This document shows, piece by piece, positions 27,489-36,941 of a stretch of DNA of 64,000 nt. The position numbers and the translations under genes are program-made. This DNA comes from an uncultured Campylobacter sp. (GTDB taxonomy: Bacteria > Campylobacterota > Campylobacteria > Campylobacterales > Campylobacteraceae), in the NCBI GenBank assembly GCA_963519515.1, contig CAUQNJ010000002.1, positions 51,953-115,952 of the forward strand, in the 5' to 3' direction. The notes below the pieces were generated by a model. It did not search any database. It had not been told where the DNA came from and saw nothing but the letters and a program-made list of their open reading frames with translations. The first letter of the stretch is position 1, and every line of letters begins with the position of its first letter.

Positions 27489-28011
27489 TGATCTTTTAGA
27501 GGTCGCGAAGCTCGGTAGGACTATCGGTCTAAAGGGCGCGGTTAAAATTTTCGATCGCAGCGACTTCCCCTCTCAGTTTAAAAAAGGCGCCAAATTTTAT
27601 CTGCGAAACGGTGAAATTTTAGAAATTATATCCTTCAACGGCACAAATTCTAGCGCTATTTTTAAAAATTACGAAAGTGTAGAAGCGGCGGCAAATTTAA
27701 CCAACCAAATCCTTTACCGAAGCAAAGAGGACACGCGGAAATTTTGCAAATTGCAAAAGGGCGAGTTCTTTTACTTCGATATTATCGGGCTTGAAATTTA
27801 CGAAGACGGCGCGGTTTTGGGGCGCGTAAAGGACATATCGCAGATCGGAAGCGGTTATCTTTTTGAGGTAGAAACGGATGAAAGCTTAATCTCGCAGGCT
27901 TTGCCGAAAGAATTTTTTATCCCATACGTGGACGCCTATGTGAAAGAAATTTCGCTTAGCGAGCGTAAAATTTTTACACAAAATGCGCGCGCGATTTTGG
28001 AAAACTCATGA
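27481..28011 (+). CDS. rimM: 16S rRNA processing protein RimM
   Basis: [18 protein letters not shown]...[11 protein letters not shown]... Operon position. Confidence 0.9.
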   Translation: MPDDLLEVAKLGRTIGLKGAVKIFDRSDFPSQFKKGAKFYLRNGEILEIISFNGTNSSAIFKNYESVEAAANLTNQILYRSKEDTRKFCKLQKGEFFYFDIIGLEIYEDGAVLGRVKDISQIGSGYLFEVETDESLISQALPKEFFIPYVDAYVKEISLSERKIFTQNARAILENS

Positions 28012-28709
28012 ATTTTATCTTCATCTCTCTATTTGAAAATCTCATCGCGCCGTATTTTGAAGACTCGATTTTAAAACGCGCGGTCGATAAGAAAATAATT
28101 GTGACGCATTTTTTTAATCCGCGAAATTTCACGACAAATCGGTATAAAAAGGTAGATGATTATATGATAGGCGGCGGTGCGGGGCTTTTGATCGGTACGG
28201 AGCCGCTTGCCGGAACGATCGAGCAGGTAAGAGCTAAATTTAAAAATGCCAAGTTTATCTACCTCTCGCCCGCCGGTAAAAAATTTAACCAAAACGACGC
28301 CAAGCGCCTAAGCGGCGAAGAGAGCCTATGCTTTATCTGCGGGCGCTATGAGGGGATCGATGAGCGCATAGTCGAAAGATATGTAGATGAAATTTTTTGC
28401 ATCGGCGATTTCGTCCTTACCGGCGGCGAGCTTGGCGCACTTTGTATGTGTGATGCGATAAGCCGCAACATAAAGGGCGTTTTAGGTAACGAAAGCTCGC
28501 TTGTCGAAGAAAGCTTTGAAGGCGGAATTTTAGAGGCGCCCGCATTTACAAAGCCTGATGTTTTTGAAAATTTACCTATAGTTTCAGAGTTTTTAAAGGG
28601 TAATCACGCTAAAATGCGTAGCTTAAAAAATCAAATGGCGCTATGTAAAACGAGGTTCTTCCGCCCGGATATGTACCGAAAGATCGCCAAAAATAAAGGA
28701 AATTTATGA
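28008..28709 (+). CDS. trmD: tRNA (guanine37-N1)-methyltransferase
   Basis: [10 protein letters not shown]...[11 protein letters not shown]...[10 protein letters not shown] motifs. Confidence 0.95.
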   Translation: MNFIFISLFENLIAPYFEDSILKRAVDKKIIVTHFFNPRNFTTNRYKKVDDYMIGGGAGLLIGTEPLAGTIEQVRAKFKNAKFIYLSPAGKKFNQNDAKRLSGEESLCFICGRYEGIDERIVERYVDEIFCIGDFVLTGGELGALCMCDAISRNIKGVLGNESSLVEESFEGGILEAPAFTKPDVFENLPIVSEFLKGNHAKMRSLKNQMALCKTRFFRPDMYRKIAKNKGNL

Positions 28710-29062
28710 AAAACAAGTATATCCAAGCGTTTGAGGACGCTCAGATCACAAGCAAAAGTGTGCCTGATTTCCGTGCCGGCGACACCTTAAAGGTAGCCAT
28801 CAGGATCAAAGAGGGCGATAAGAGCAGAATTCAAAATTTTGAAGGTACCTGCATAGCGCGCCGTGGAAACGGCGTAAACGAGACCTTTATCATCCGCAAG
28901 ATCGGTGCAAATAGCGTCGGCGTAGAGAGAATTTTCCCGATCTACAGCGAGAGCATCGAAAGCATAGAGGTTCTAAGAAAAGGACGCGTTCGCCGCGCGA
29001 AGCTATTTTACTTACGCGACAGACGCGGTAAAGCGGCTAAAATCAAAGAGCTTCGAAAATAA
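28706..29062 (+). CDS. rplS: 50S ribosomal protein L19
   Basis: [11 protein letters not shown]...RIQNFEG...[14 protein letters not shown]. Confidence 0.95.
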   Translation: MKNKYIQAFEDAQITSKSVPDFRAGDTLKVAIRIKEGDKSRIQNFEGTCIARRGNGVNETFIIRKIGANSVGVERIFPIYSESIESIEVLRKGRVRRAKLFYLRDRRGKAAKIKELRK

Positions 29063-29191
29063 TCCTTTAAATTTACGCTTCCCAATTCAAAAAGAAGCTT
29101 CTTTTATAATGCGCGAGATTTTAAAAAATTTCGCGCAAAATCCACTCGCAATTAAATCTAAAATTTTTAATTTTAAACTGCCTAAAATCGC

Positions 29192-29209
29192 CTTTTTCTA
29201 TAGAAAAAG
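29192..29209. promoter_or_regulatory. perfect 18-bp palindrome CTTTTTCTATAGAAAAAG upstream of the activase operon
   Basis: Read directly: CTTTTTCTA is the reverse complement of TAGAAAAAG. It lies about 125 nt upstream of the GTG at 29335 in an AT-rich spacer. Confidence 0.35.
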
Positions 29210-29334
29210 ATAAAATATATCCTGATTTTATTTGCGTTTAAAAATATTACTATAAAATGCAAATTTTAATTTAGAAAGCTCGCGCTAAATTTGAGAATTC
29301 GGCCGAGTAAAATTTATTCAGTAAAGAGCGAGAT

Positions 29335-32277
29335 GTGATTTTCTTAGGCATTGACGTAGGATCAACCACTGTTAAAACGGTAGTTTTAAACGAAAAATAT
29401 GAAATTTTAAGCAAGAGCTACGAGAGGCATTTAGCAAAGCCCAAGGAGCTGGTGCTGGATAAAATTTTGCAAATCCAAAAAACCTATGCAGGCGAGCAAT
29501 TCAGCGTCGCCATAGCGGGTTCTGCGGGCATGGGTATCGCCAAAAATTGCAAAATTCCGTTCGTCCAAGAGGTTTTCGCTACCTCGCTCGGCGTCAAGCG
29601 GATGTTTCCGAAGACCGATGTCGTCATCGAGCTCGGCGGCGAGGATGCTAAAATTTTATTTCTCACGGGTGGACTTGAGGAGCGGATGAACGGCTCATGC
29701 GCGGGCGGTACCGGCGCATTTATCGACCAGATGACTAATCTTTTGCATCTGGATATTACGGAGCTCGACCGCCTAAGCTTTGCGGCGAATAAAATTTACC
29801 CAATCGCCTCGCGCTGCGGCGTATTCGCCAAAAGCGACATTCAGCCGCTGTTAAATCAAGGCGTACGCAAGGAAGACATCAGCGCCAGTATCTACGCCGC
29901 GGTCGTCGAGCAGACGATCTCGGGGCTTGCGCAAGGTCGCGAGGTCAAGGGCAATATCCTGTTTCTAGGCGGCCCGCTGTTTTTCCTAAAAGGCCTTCAG
30001 GCGCGCTTTAAAGAGGTGCTAAAGCTTACCGACGAAACCGCGACTTTCCCGGACATCGCGCCTTATTTTGTGGCCTACGGCAGCGCGCTGTATGCAAAAG
30101 ATACGGGCGAGACTCTAAATTTAGATGAAACGATCGCGCTTTTAAAAAAGGAGCCCGATAGAACCGCGCTGGAAGCCGAGCCGCCGCTTTTTAAAGACAA
30201 AGCGGAATTTGACGAGTTCATCGCTCGCCATGCCCGCGCGAGCGTGCCTAAGGTAGATATCCACACCTACAGCGGAGATGCGTATTTGGGCGTGGATTGC
30301 GGCAGCACCACGATCAAAGTCGTGCTTATGGGCGCGAACTACGAGCTGCTGTATAAATTTTACTCCTCCAATAAAGGCGATCCCGTCGACATCCTGCTGC
30401 CACGTCTTAAGGAGCTATACGATCTTTGCGAAGGTCGCATTAAAATCAAAGGCAGCGGCGTTACCGGCTACGGCGAGGATCTCATTAAAACCGCCTTTCG
30501 CTTCGATTACGGCATCGTCGAGACGATCGCGCATTATAGCGCCGCGCGCCACTTCAATCCAAAGGTAGATTTTATCATCGACATCGGCGGACAGGACATC
30601 AAGTGTTTCTCTATTAAAGATGGCAATATTGATTCTATCGTGCTAAATGAAGCGTGTAGCTCGGGCTGCGGCTCGTTTTTACAGACCTTTTCAAATTCTT
30701 TAGGCTACGACATCAAAGATTTTGCGAATTTAGCCCTTTTTGCGACCCATCCCGCCAAGCTTGGCAGCCGCTGCACGGTCTTTATGAACTCTTCGGTCAA
30801 GCAAGCCCAAAAGGACGGCGCTACGATCGAGGACATCAGCGCGGGTCTTGCCATCAGCGTTATTAAAAACGCGATCTACAAGGTTATCCGCGTGCGAAAC
30901 GCCGACGATCTTGGGCAAAATATCGTAGTGCAGGGCGGGACATTTTTAAATAATGCCGTGCTACGCGCGTTTGAGCTTGAGCTTAAGAAAAACGTTATCC
31001 GCCTCGATATTAGCGAGCTTATGGGTGCATACGGCGCGGCGCTTTTTGCCAAAAATAATGCAAACGAGCGCACCGATATGATCGGTCGCGCCGAGCTTGA
31101 TAGTTTTACTCACAGTAGCGAGTTTAGCGTCTGCAAGCTCTGTACCAATAAATGCCCGCTTACGATCAGCCACTTCGGCGATACTAAATTTGTCACAGGC
31201 AATAAATGCGAGCGCGGCGCGGGCAAGGAGATCCGCCATGACATCACGAATTTATTCGAGTTTAAAAACGAGCTTTTGAAAAAATACCGCAAGCCGCCGA
31301 AGCAGGGCGCACCGCGGGTCGGAATTCCGTTTGTTTTGAATATGTTTGAGATGATCCCGTTTTGGAGCGCATTTTTTGAAAATTTAGGCATGAGCCTCGT
31401 GCTGTCGCAAAAGCCGCGAAAAGAGACGCTGTTTTTGGCAAGCCAGAGCATCCCGAGCGACACCGTCTGCTACCCGGCTAAAAGCGTGCATGGCCACATC
31501 TACGATCTTTTAAACAAGGATGTGGATTTTATCTTTTATCCATGCATGAGTTACAGCCTGGATGAAAATATCAGCGAGAACTGCTACAATTGCCCAGTGG
31601 TTGCGTATTATCCGGAGCTGATCCGCTCAAACGTAGGGGCGCTGGAGGAGAAAAAATTCCTCTATCCGCACGTGGATCTGAATATGCAAGACTCGTTTTC
31701 AAATACGATGCAAAGCGAGCTTGCGGACGCCGGGTATAAATTTAATGTCGATGCGATCAAAAACGCCGTATTTCAGGGGTTAAAGGAGCTGCAAAACTAT
31801 AAAAACACCGTCCTAATCAAGGGCGAGGAGGCCCTAAAAGAGATACAAAGCAGCGGCGCTAGCGCCGTCGTACTCGCGGGTCGTCCGTATCATATCGACA
31901 AGACGATCAATCACGGCATCGATCGCTATCTAAATTCCTTGGGCTTCATAGTTCTTAGTGAGGACGCACTACCGCTTAGCAGGGTGCAGACGAAGAGCCT
32001 TAATCAATGGACCTACCATGCCAGGCTTTATAGCGCGGCACGGTTCGTCTGTAAATACCCGCGCATGCAGCTGGTGCAGCTAGTCAGCTTCGGCTGCGGG
32101 ATCGATGCGATCACGGGCGACGAGGTGCGCGACATACTGCGCCAAAACGGTAAAATTTACACTCAACTTAAAATCGACGAGGTCACCAACCTAGGTGCGG
32201 TCAAGATCCGCCTTCGCAGTCTAAAAGCTACCATGCTAGAGCGCGAGAAGCAAGCGCAATCAAAAAAAGGCCAATAA
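29335..32277 (+). CDS. fusion of a tandem BadF/BadG/BcrA/BcrD-type (HgdC-like) activase ATPase with a dehydratase-like Fe-S domain
   Basis: Two ASKHA modules are present, starting GIDVGSTTVKTVVL and GVDCGSTTIKVVLM. Each carries the HgdC-type cluster cysteines (SCAGGTGAFI + SRCGVFAKSD; ACSSGCGSFL + SRCTVFMNSS). A C-terminal domain of about 400 aa contains CKLCTNKCP...C. Confidence 0.8.
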   Translation: MIFLGIDVGSTTVKTVVLNEKYEILSKSYERHLAKPKELVLDKILQIQKTYAGEQFSVAIAGSAGMGIAKNCKIPFVQEVFATSLGVKRMFPKTDVVIELGGEDAKILFLTGGLEERMNGSCAGGTGAFIDQMTNLLHLDITELDRLSFAANKIYPIASRCGVFAKSDIQPLLNQGVRKEDISASIYAAVVEQTISGLAQGREVKGNILFLGGPLFFLKGLQARFKEVLKLTDETATFPDIAPYFVAYGSALYAKDTGETLNLDETIALLKKEPDRTALEAEPPLFKDKAEFDEFIARHARASVPKVDIHTYSGDAYLGVDCGSTTIKVVLMGANYELLYKFYSSNKGDPVDILLPRLKELYDLCEGRIKIKGSGVTGYGEDLIKTAFRFDYGIVETIAHYSAARHFNPKVDFIIDIGGQDIKCFSIKDGNIDSIVLNEACSSGCGSFLQTFSNSLGYDIKDFANLALFATHPAKLGSRCTVFMNSSVKQAQKDGATIEDISAGLAISVIKNAIYKVIRVRNADDLGQNIVVQGGTFLNNAVLRAFELELKKNVIRLDISELMGAYGAALFAKNNANERTDMIGRAELDSFTHSSEFSVCKLCTNKCPLTISHFGDTKFVTGNKCERGAGKEIRHDITNLFEFKNELLKKYRKPPKQGAPRVGIPFVLNMFEMIPFWSAFFENLGMSLVLSQKPRKETLFLASQSIPSDTVCYPAKSVHGHIYDLLNKDVDFIFYPCMSYSLDENISENCYNCPVVAYYPELIRSNVGALEEKKFLYPHVDLNMQDSFSNTMQSELADAGYKFNVDAIKNAVFQGLKELQNYKNTVLIKGEEALKEIQSSGASAVVLAGRPYHIDKTINHGIDRYLNSLGFIVLSEDALPLSRVQTKSLNQWTYHARLYSAARFVCKYPRMQLVQLVSFGCGIDAITGDEVRDILRQNGKIYTQLKIDEVTNLGAVKIRLRSLKATMLEREKQAQSKKGQ

Positions 32278-33494
32278 TGTTTGCTAAATTTACAAAAGAT
32301 ATGAAACAAACCCACACGATCTTAATCCCTACGATGATCGATCCGCACTTTCGCTTTATGCAGGGGGTGCTGCGCGATGAGGGATACAAAAGCGTGCTGC
32401 TTAAAGAGGATCGCGCAAATATCGTCGAAGAGGGGCTTCGCAGCGTCCACAACGATATGTGCTACCCCGCGCTGCTCGTCATCGGGCAGTTTATCGACGC
32501 GCTAAAAAGCGGCGAGTATGATACGCACAAGGTAGCGCTTCTTATCAGCCAAACAGGCGGCGGCTGCAGGGCGAGTAACTATATAAATTTACTCCGTAAG
32601 GCGCTTGAAGATAGCGGCTTTTCTTACATTCCGGTGATCTCTTTAAATTTCGGCTCGCTTGATGAAAATGAGTTCGCGCTCGGTAAAAAATCGCTCATAA
32701 AGCTTATGGCTGCGATCTTTTACGGCGATTTGATGATGAGTCTTTATAATCAGTGCAAGCCCTATGAGATGACCCCCGGCGCTACGAATGAAATTTACGA
32801 GCGGGTCGCCGCGCGCATCGCTTCGATGACAAACGAGTGGGCGTTCTTCCGCTTAAAAAAGAATTTTCGCTATATTTTGGAAAACTTTGCCGCTCTGCAG
32901 CGCAGCGGCGAGCAGAAGATCCGCGTGGGCATCGTGGGCGAAATTTATCTAAAATACTCGCCTATCGGCAACAACGGCCTAAACGCCTATCTCATCCGCG
33001 AAAACGCGGAGCCCGTAAATACGGGGCTGATGGACTTCGTGCTTACCTGCATCTACGATGCGGTTTACGATAAGCAGCTTTACGGAAAGGGCGGCGCGGC
33101 GTATTACGGCTCTCTCGCCGTCGCGAAAATTTTAGAATTTTTCCAAGGCTGGCTGATAGCAGAGACTAAACGATACGGGTTCGCCGCGGCGACGCCGTTT
33201 GGCGAGGTGCGCGCAGCCGCCGAAGGCTACATCAGCCATGGCGTCAAGATGGGCGAGGGCTGGTTACTAACGGCCGAGATGGTGGAGTTTATGAAGCGCG
33301 GTATCGAAAACGTCGTGTGCGCGCAGCCCTTCGGCTGCCTGCCTAACCACATCATCGCGCGCGGAATGATCCGAAAGATCAAGCAAAATTACCCGCAGGC
33401 AAACATCGCCGCGATCGACTACGATCCGGGTGCAAGCGCGGTAAATCAGGAAAACCGCATAAAACTGATGCTTGCCAACGCAAATCGAAAGTAG
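32277..33494 (+). CDS. 2-hydroxyacyl-CoA dehydratase-like (HgdB/D-component family) partner protein
   Basis: Starts within the stop codon of the upstream gene. Conserved Cys contexts: HNDMCYPALLVIGQ, GGGCRASNY, CAQPFGCLPNH. Confidence 0.7.
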   Translation: MFAKFTKDMKQTHTILIPTMIDPHFRFMQGVLRDEGYKSVLLKEDRANIVEEGLRSVHNDMCYPALLVIGQFIDALKSGEYDTHKVALLISQTGGGCRASNYINLLRKALEDSGFSYIPVISLNFGSLDENEFALGKKSLIKLMAAIFYGDLMMSLYNQCKPYEMTPGATNEIYERVAARIASMTNEWAFFRLKKNFRYILENFAALQRSGEQKIRVGIVGEIYLKYSPIGNNGLNAYLIRENAEPVNTGLMDFVLTCIYDAVYDKQLYGKGGAAYYGSLAVAKILEFFQGWLIAETKRYGFAAATPFGEVRAAAEGYISHGVKMGEGWLLTAEMVEFMKRGIENVVCAQPFGCLPNHIIARGMIRKIKQNYPQANIAAIDYDPGASAVNQENRIKLMLANANRK

Positions 33495-33926
33495 CGCACG
33501 AGGTTTATTTACTTGTGCTCGTCGGCTCATGCGCTTTGTTCTTTGAGCCGCCGAATTGAGCTTTTTGCAGCTTAATCTTGGTCGCAATGCGGCGTAAATT
33601 TTAAAAATTTAGCGCGCAGTGATCGATAAACTGTATTGCGGCAAATATAAAGAATTTTAGAATTCTAGAATTTCGGCAAGCGAATTTTAAAGAATTTTGA
33701 AATTCCGAGCGGGCGAATCAATAAATTTTATCTACACTGCGCTTTTTGAACACGCACCTTTCTATGAAATACAGCGTGAAATTTTAAAATTTCATGCAAG
33801 TAAATTTTATCACTCGCGGCGCCGTATCCGGCAAACCCAAGTCGCGATTTTATGCGCATAGCGGTCGCTAGCGAGATCGATCAAATTTACGATGATTAAA
33901 TTTTGTAGATTTAAGTTTTGAATCGG

Positions 33927-34017
33927 TGGCGGACAGAGAGGGATTCGAACCCTCGAGCCCCGGTTAGAAGCTGCACCCTTAGCAGGGGTGTGGTTTCGGC
34001 CACTCGCCCATCTGTCC
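33927..34017 (-). tRNA. tRNA-Ser (anticodon GCU)
   Basis: The reverse complement is GGACAGATGGGCGAGTGGCCGAAACCACACCCCTGCTAAGGGTGCAGCTTCTAACCGGGGCTCGAGGGTTCGAATCCCTCTCTGTCCGCCA. It has a long variable arm, anticodon loop CTGCTAA and T-arm GAGGG/CCCTC. Confidence 0.9.
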
Positions 34018-34619
34018 ATAAAAAGAAATCGCATTATACATAACTAATCTAATAACGGGCTTAAATTTAAGGCGCCGAAATTTCGCGGGATTAGAATTTA
34101 CGGCGCAAACCCCAAGAATATAAATGCCATCGCAGGCTTGCTTTTGGCGCAGGAAAATTGGAAATGCGCGCATTAAAATCGCACGGATTCATAAAATTTC
34201 AGATCCGTAGAGGTTTGAAAATTCTGAAATTTCAAAATTTGCAGAATTCTAAATTTCTAAAATTTAGAATTCTCGCGAGCCTTGAAATTTCAGAAGTTTG
34301 AAAAATTTAAACGCTTTGAATTTTTTAAAATTTTAAAATTTTTAAGATTGCACTTTAAAAGTCTTTTGAAAATCGCGCCGAATTTTGATGAGCTTGAACA
34401 GATTGGAATTTTAAAATTTCAAAACCCCAAAAACTAAGAAAATTTTAGGCTAAAGAATTCAATCTAGGTAAATTTAAGTCAAAACAAAATTCAGTCGAGG
34501 CGAATTCTGGCTGAGGCGAATTTTAATCTGAATAAATTTTAACTCGGGGAAATTTTGGCTGAAGCGGATTAATTTCTAAATTTAATTGCGCCGCTAAACG
34601 CCCGGCTCTATGTGCGGCG

Positions 34620-35020
34620 CGCAGTGTTTGGCGGCACAGCTAGCCTTGCCACGTCGCACTGAATCCAATGCAACCATTTTCACCATTCTGCGACTCGCCG
34701 CACTTATCACACAAGATGGCGTTTGGTCCTAATCTTGCCATTTTGCGCTGTATCAATGCGCCTATTTCCGTGCCATATCTAGCCACTCGTCTTGTTCTAT
34801 CGCGCTTCAATGAGTGTTTATTTCCTCGCTCACGCCGTATTGTACTGCCTGGCATGTACTAAATCATGCCACGCCGCACCCGACCACTCGCCGTGCCGTA
34901 TCGCGCTTAATACATACCTATCTCTGCTGCGCCGTAATATCTTAGATGCGCGCCTAGAAGTCCTACGTTGCACTATTTCGCACTAGCTTTTCACGCACGA
35001 TGGACGCGCGCCCGGCTATT
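34620..35020 (+). repeat. C-rich/G-poor dispersed element, copy B
   Basis: ORF-poor segment of about 400 nt. Hand count of 34861-34960 gives C=35, G=20. Shares CCACTCGCCGT (34884-34894) with 60137-60147, and CGCTCACGCC (34827-34836) with the reverse complement of 63773-63782. Abuts the stop of the minus-strand bactofilin gene. Confidence 0.5.
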
Positions 35021-35023
35021 CAC

Positions 35024-35455
35024 TTAAGCGCGTAAATTTTGTTCATCCAGCGCTTTGTCGATCAGCCTGACATCCTCGGCGACGGTGCCGTCCACCACGA
35101 GGGGCTGTTCGCCGCCGTTTACCGCGCTTTTACCGTTAAATTTAGCGCCCACTTCGATACCGAAATTTTGCGATAGCACGTCGCCTACGAGTACGCCGCC
35201 GCCTAGTAGCTCGACGAGCTCGGCTTCGATATTGCCGAAAAATTTGCCGTTGATTACGATATGTTTTGCCTTGATTGAGCCGCGCGCAGTGCCGTTTTTA
35301 CCGATGACGACGGTGCTATCTGAGATCACGTCGCCCTCTACATTGCCGTCTATATGCAGTATGCACGACAGACGCATCTCTCCTTTGATGAGCGTGCCTG
35401 CCGAGATTATCGTTGTTTGAGCGGTGTTTGCATTGCCTTTATTAAAGACTGCCAT
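35024..35455 (-). CDS. bactofilin (CcmA-like polymer-forming cytoskeletal protein)
   Basis: Repetitive beta-helix pattern (IKGEMRLSCILHIDGNVEGDVISDSTVVIGKNGTARGSIKAKHIVINGKFFGNIEA...). Lies downstream of an M23 peptidase, as in the Helicobacter csd/ccmA loci. Confidence 0.85.
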   Translation of the reverse strand: MAVFNKGNANTAQTTIISAGTLIKGEMRLSCILHIDGNVEGDVISDSTVVIGKNGTARGSIKAKHIVINGKFFGNIEAELVELLGGGVLVGDVLSQNFGIEVGAKFNGKSAVNGGEQPLVVDGTVAEDVRLIDKALDEQNLRA

Positions 35456-36360
35456 GGGATATCTTCCTCCTTGGTGAAAATTTCTTTATAGTTCTTTTTG
35501 TTCCATTCGATGAAATTTAGCGGATTAAGCGGTAGCTGCAAAAACCTAATCTCGTAGTGCAGATGCGGCCCCGTGCTGAGCCCCGTATTGCCGCTAAAAG
35601 CGATAAGATCGCCTTTGCTTACGAACTCGCCCACTTTGCGGGTTAAATTTGAATCCAGATGCGCGTATCGCGTCGTAAAGCCGTAGTTGTGGCGGATCTC
35701 GACTAGGTTGCCGTAGCCGCTGCCGCCTGCTCCGCTGTATTGGATGATGCCGTCTGCCGGCGCGTAAATCGGCGTTTTAAGCGGCGTGCGCAGATCTACG
35801 CCGGGGTGGAATTGTTTGCGTTTTAAAACCGGGTGGTTGCGCCAGCCGAATTTCTCGCTAAGCTGGTGGGTCTGCATCACTCTGCCGTTTGGGATCTGCA
35901 TAAATATCTCTTTTACCAGCGCGTCCGAAAAGGTTTGGTTTACGATCTTATCGGCGCGGTTTTTGATCTCCTCTTCCGAGGTCGGCTTGATGTGCGAAAG
36001 GCGGTCGATCATGCGCTCATCAGCCTCCGGATCGAGCCCGAACTCATGCTCTAAATCCGCTATCTTGCCCTCGATGGCTTCAAATTCGATCTGGCTTGCC
36101 TCTATATTTTCGCGAAGCCTTTGATTTAGCTGGTTAAGCTCGGTTTTGGTCTGCGAAAGGCTATCGATTTTAGATCCCAGATACCTTATGTATAGCGCGC
36201 CCGTGACGAAAATAGTGAAAACAAATAAGACCAAATATAACGCGATCTTTTTGATGATTTGCGAAAGCAAAAAATTCCTAGAGCCGTTAAGATCGGTGAT
36301 AGTTATCATAAATTTGTTTTTCATGGCGTGCATTATAATGTAGTCTAGCTGAAATTTCAA
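35407..36360 (-). CDS. M23 (LytM-type) peptidoglycan endopeptidase with an N-terminal TM and coiled coil
   Basis: HPGVDL...GNTGLSTGPHLHYEIRF metal-ligand motifs. The start is uncertain (ATGs at 36360, 36333, 36324, 36309). The 3' end overlaps the bactofilin start by 49 nt. Confidence 0.85.
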   Translation of the reverse strand: MKFQLDYIIMHAMKNKFMITITDLNGSRNFLLSQIIKKIALYLVLFVFTIFVTGALYIRYLGSKIDSLSQTKTELNQLNQRLRENIEASQIEFEAIEGKIADLEHEFGLDPEADERMIDRLSHIKPTSEEEIKNRADKIVNQTFSDALVKEIFMQIPNGRVMQTHQLSEKFGWRNHPVLKRKQFHPGVDLRTPLKTPIYAPADGIIQYSGAGGSGYGNLVEIRHNYGFTTRYAHLDSNLTRKVGEFVSKGDLIAFSGNTGLSTGPHLHYEIRFLQLPLNPLNFIEWNKKNYKEIFTKEEDIPWQSLIKAMQTPLKQR

Positions 36361-36409
36361 AAAAGTTGTTTATAAATTTAAAATCTGTTAATCAAAAATT
36401 CCACTAAAA

Positions 36410-36425
36410 GATAAATTTTATTATC
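36410..36425. promoter_or_regulatory. Fur/PerR-box-like inverted repeat GATAAATTTTATTATC upstream of dps
   Basis: GATAA...TTATC arms around a 6-nt AT core, about 30 nt upstream of a TGnTATAAT extended -10 (36453-36461). RBS AAGGAG, ATG at 36491. Confidence 0.4.
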
Positions 36426-36490
36426 TAGTATTATTTCTGTTTAAGGTTATCGTGATATAATTCGATTAAATTTAAAACAAGGAGACAAAG

Positions 36491-36934
36491 ATGTCAAAAA
36501 CAGTAAAACAGCTAAACAAACTTCAGGCCGACGCTCACGCGCTTTTCGTCGCATTTCACGATTATCACTGGAATGTTAAAGGTTTGCAATTCGCGCAAGT
36601 TCACGCTTACACAGAGGAGGCCTACGATGAGATGGGCGAGCTTTTCGACGATATGGCCGAGCGCGCGTTAATAATCGGCGGCAAGGCGGTAACTAAGACC
36701 AAGGATCTCATCGAGCTTTCAAAAGACGCGCCGATCAGCGTAAAGGACAGCTACGGCGTAACCGAAGTACTTGAGAACGTCAAAAAAGCCTACGAGTATT
36801 TGGTAAAAGAGTTTAAAAAGCTTCAAGAGGTAGCCGAAGCGGAGGGCGACGATACTACTTCAAACATCGCCCAGGATCACTATGGCGAATATGAAAAACG
36901 CCTATGGATGCTTGCTTCGATGCTTTCAAAATAG
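36491..36934 (+). CDS. dps: Dps-family DNA-binding ferritin-like protein
   Basis: LNKLQADAHALFVAFHDYHWNVKG...FDDMAER ferroxidase-site pattern. 147 aa. Confidence 0.9.
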   Translation: MSKTVKQLNKLQADAHALFVAFHDYHWNVKGLQFAQVHAYTEEAYDEMGELFDDMAERALIIGGKAVTKTKDLIELSKDAPISVKDSYGVTEVLENVKKAYEYLVKEFKKLQEVAEAEGDDTTSNIAQDHYGEYEKRLWMLASMLSK

Positions 36935-36941
36935 TCTGATT

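Noticed and set aside
34180-34620. Possible CRISPR array or tandem repeat in the highly repetitive AT-rich block
   Set aside because: There is no constant-length direct repeat alternating with unique spacers, only irregular reiteration of AAATTT/GAATTC words. No cas genes are in the window.
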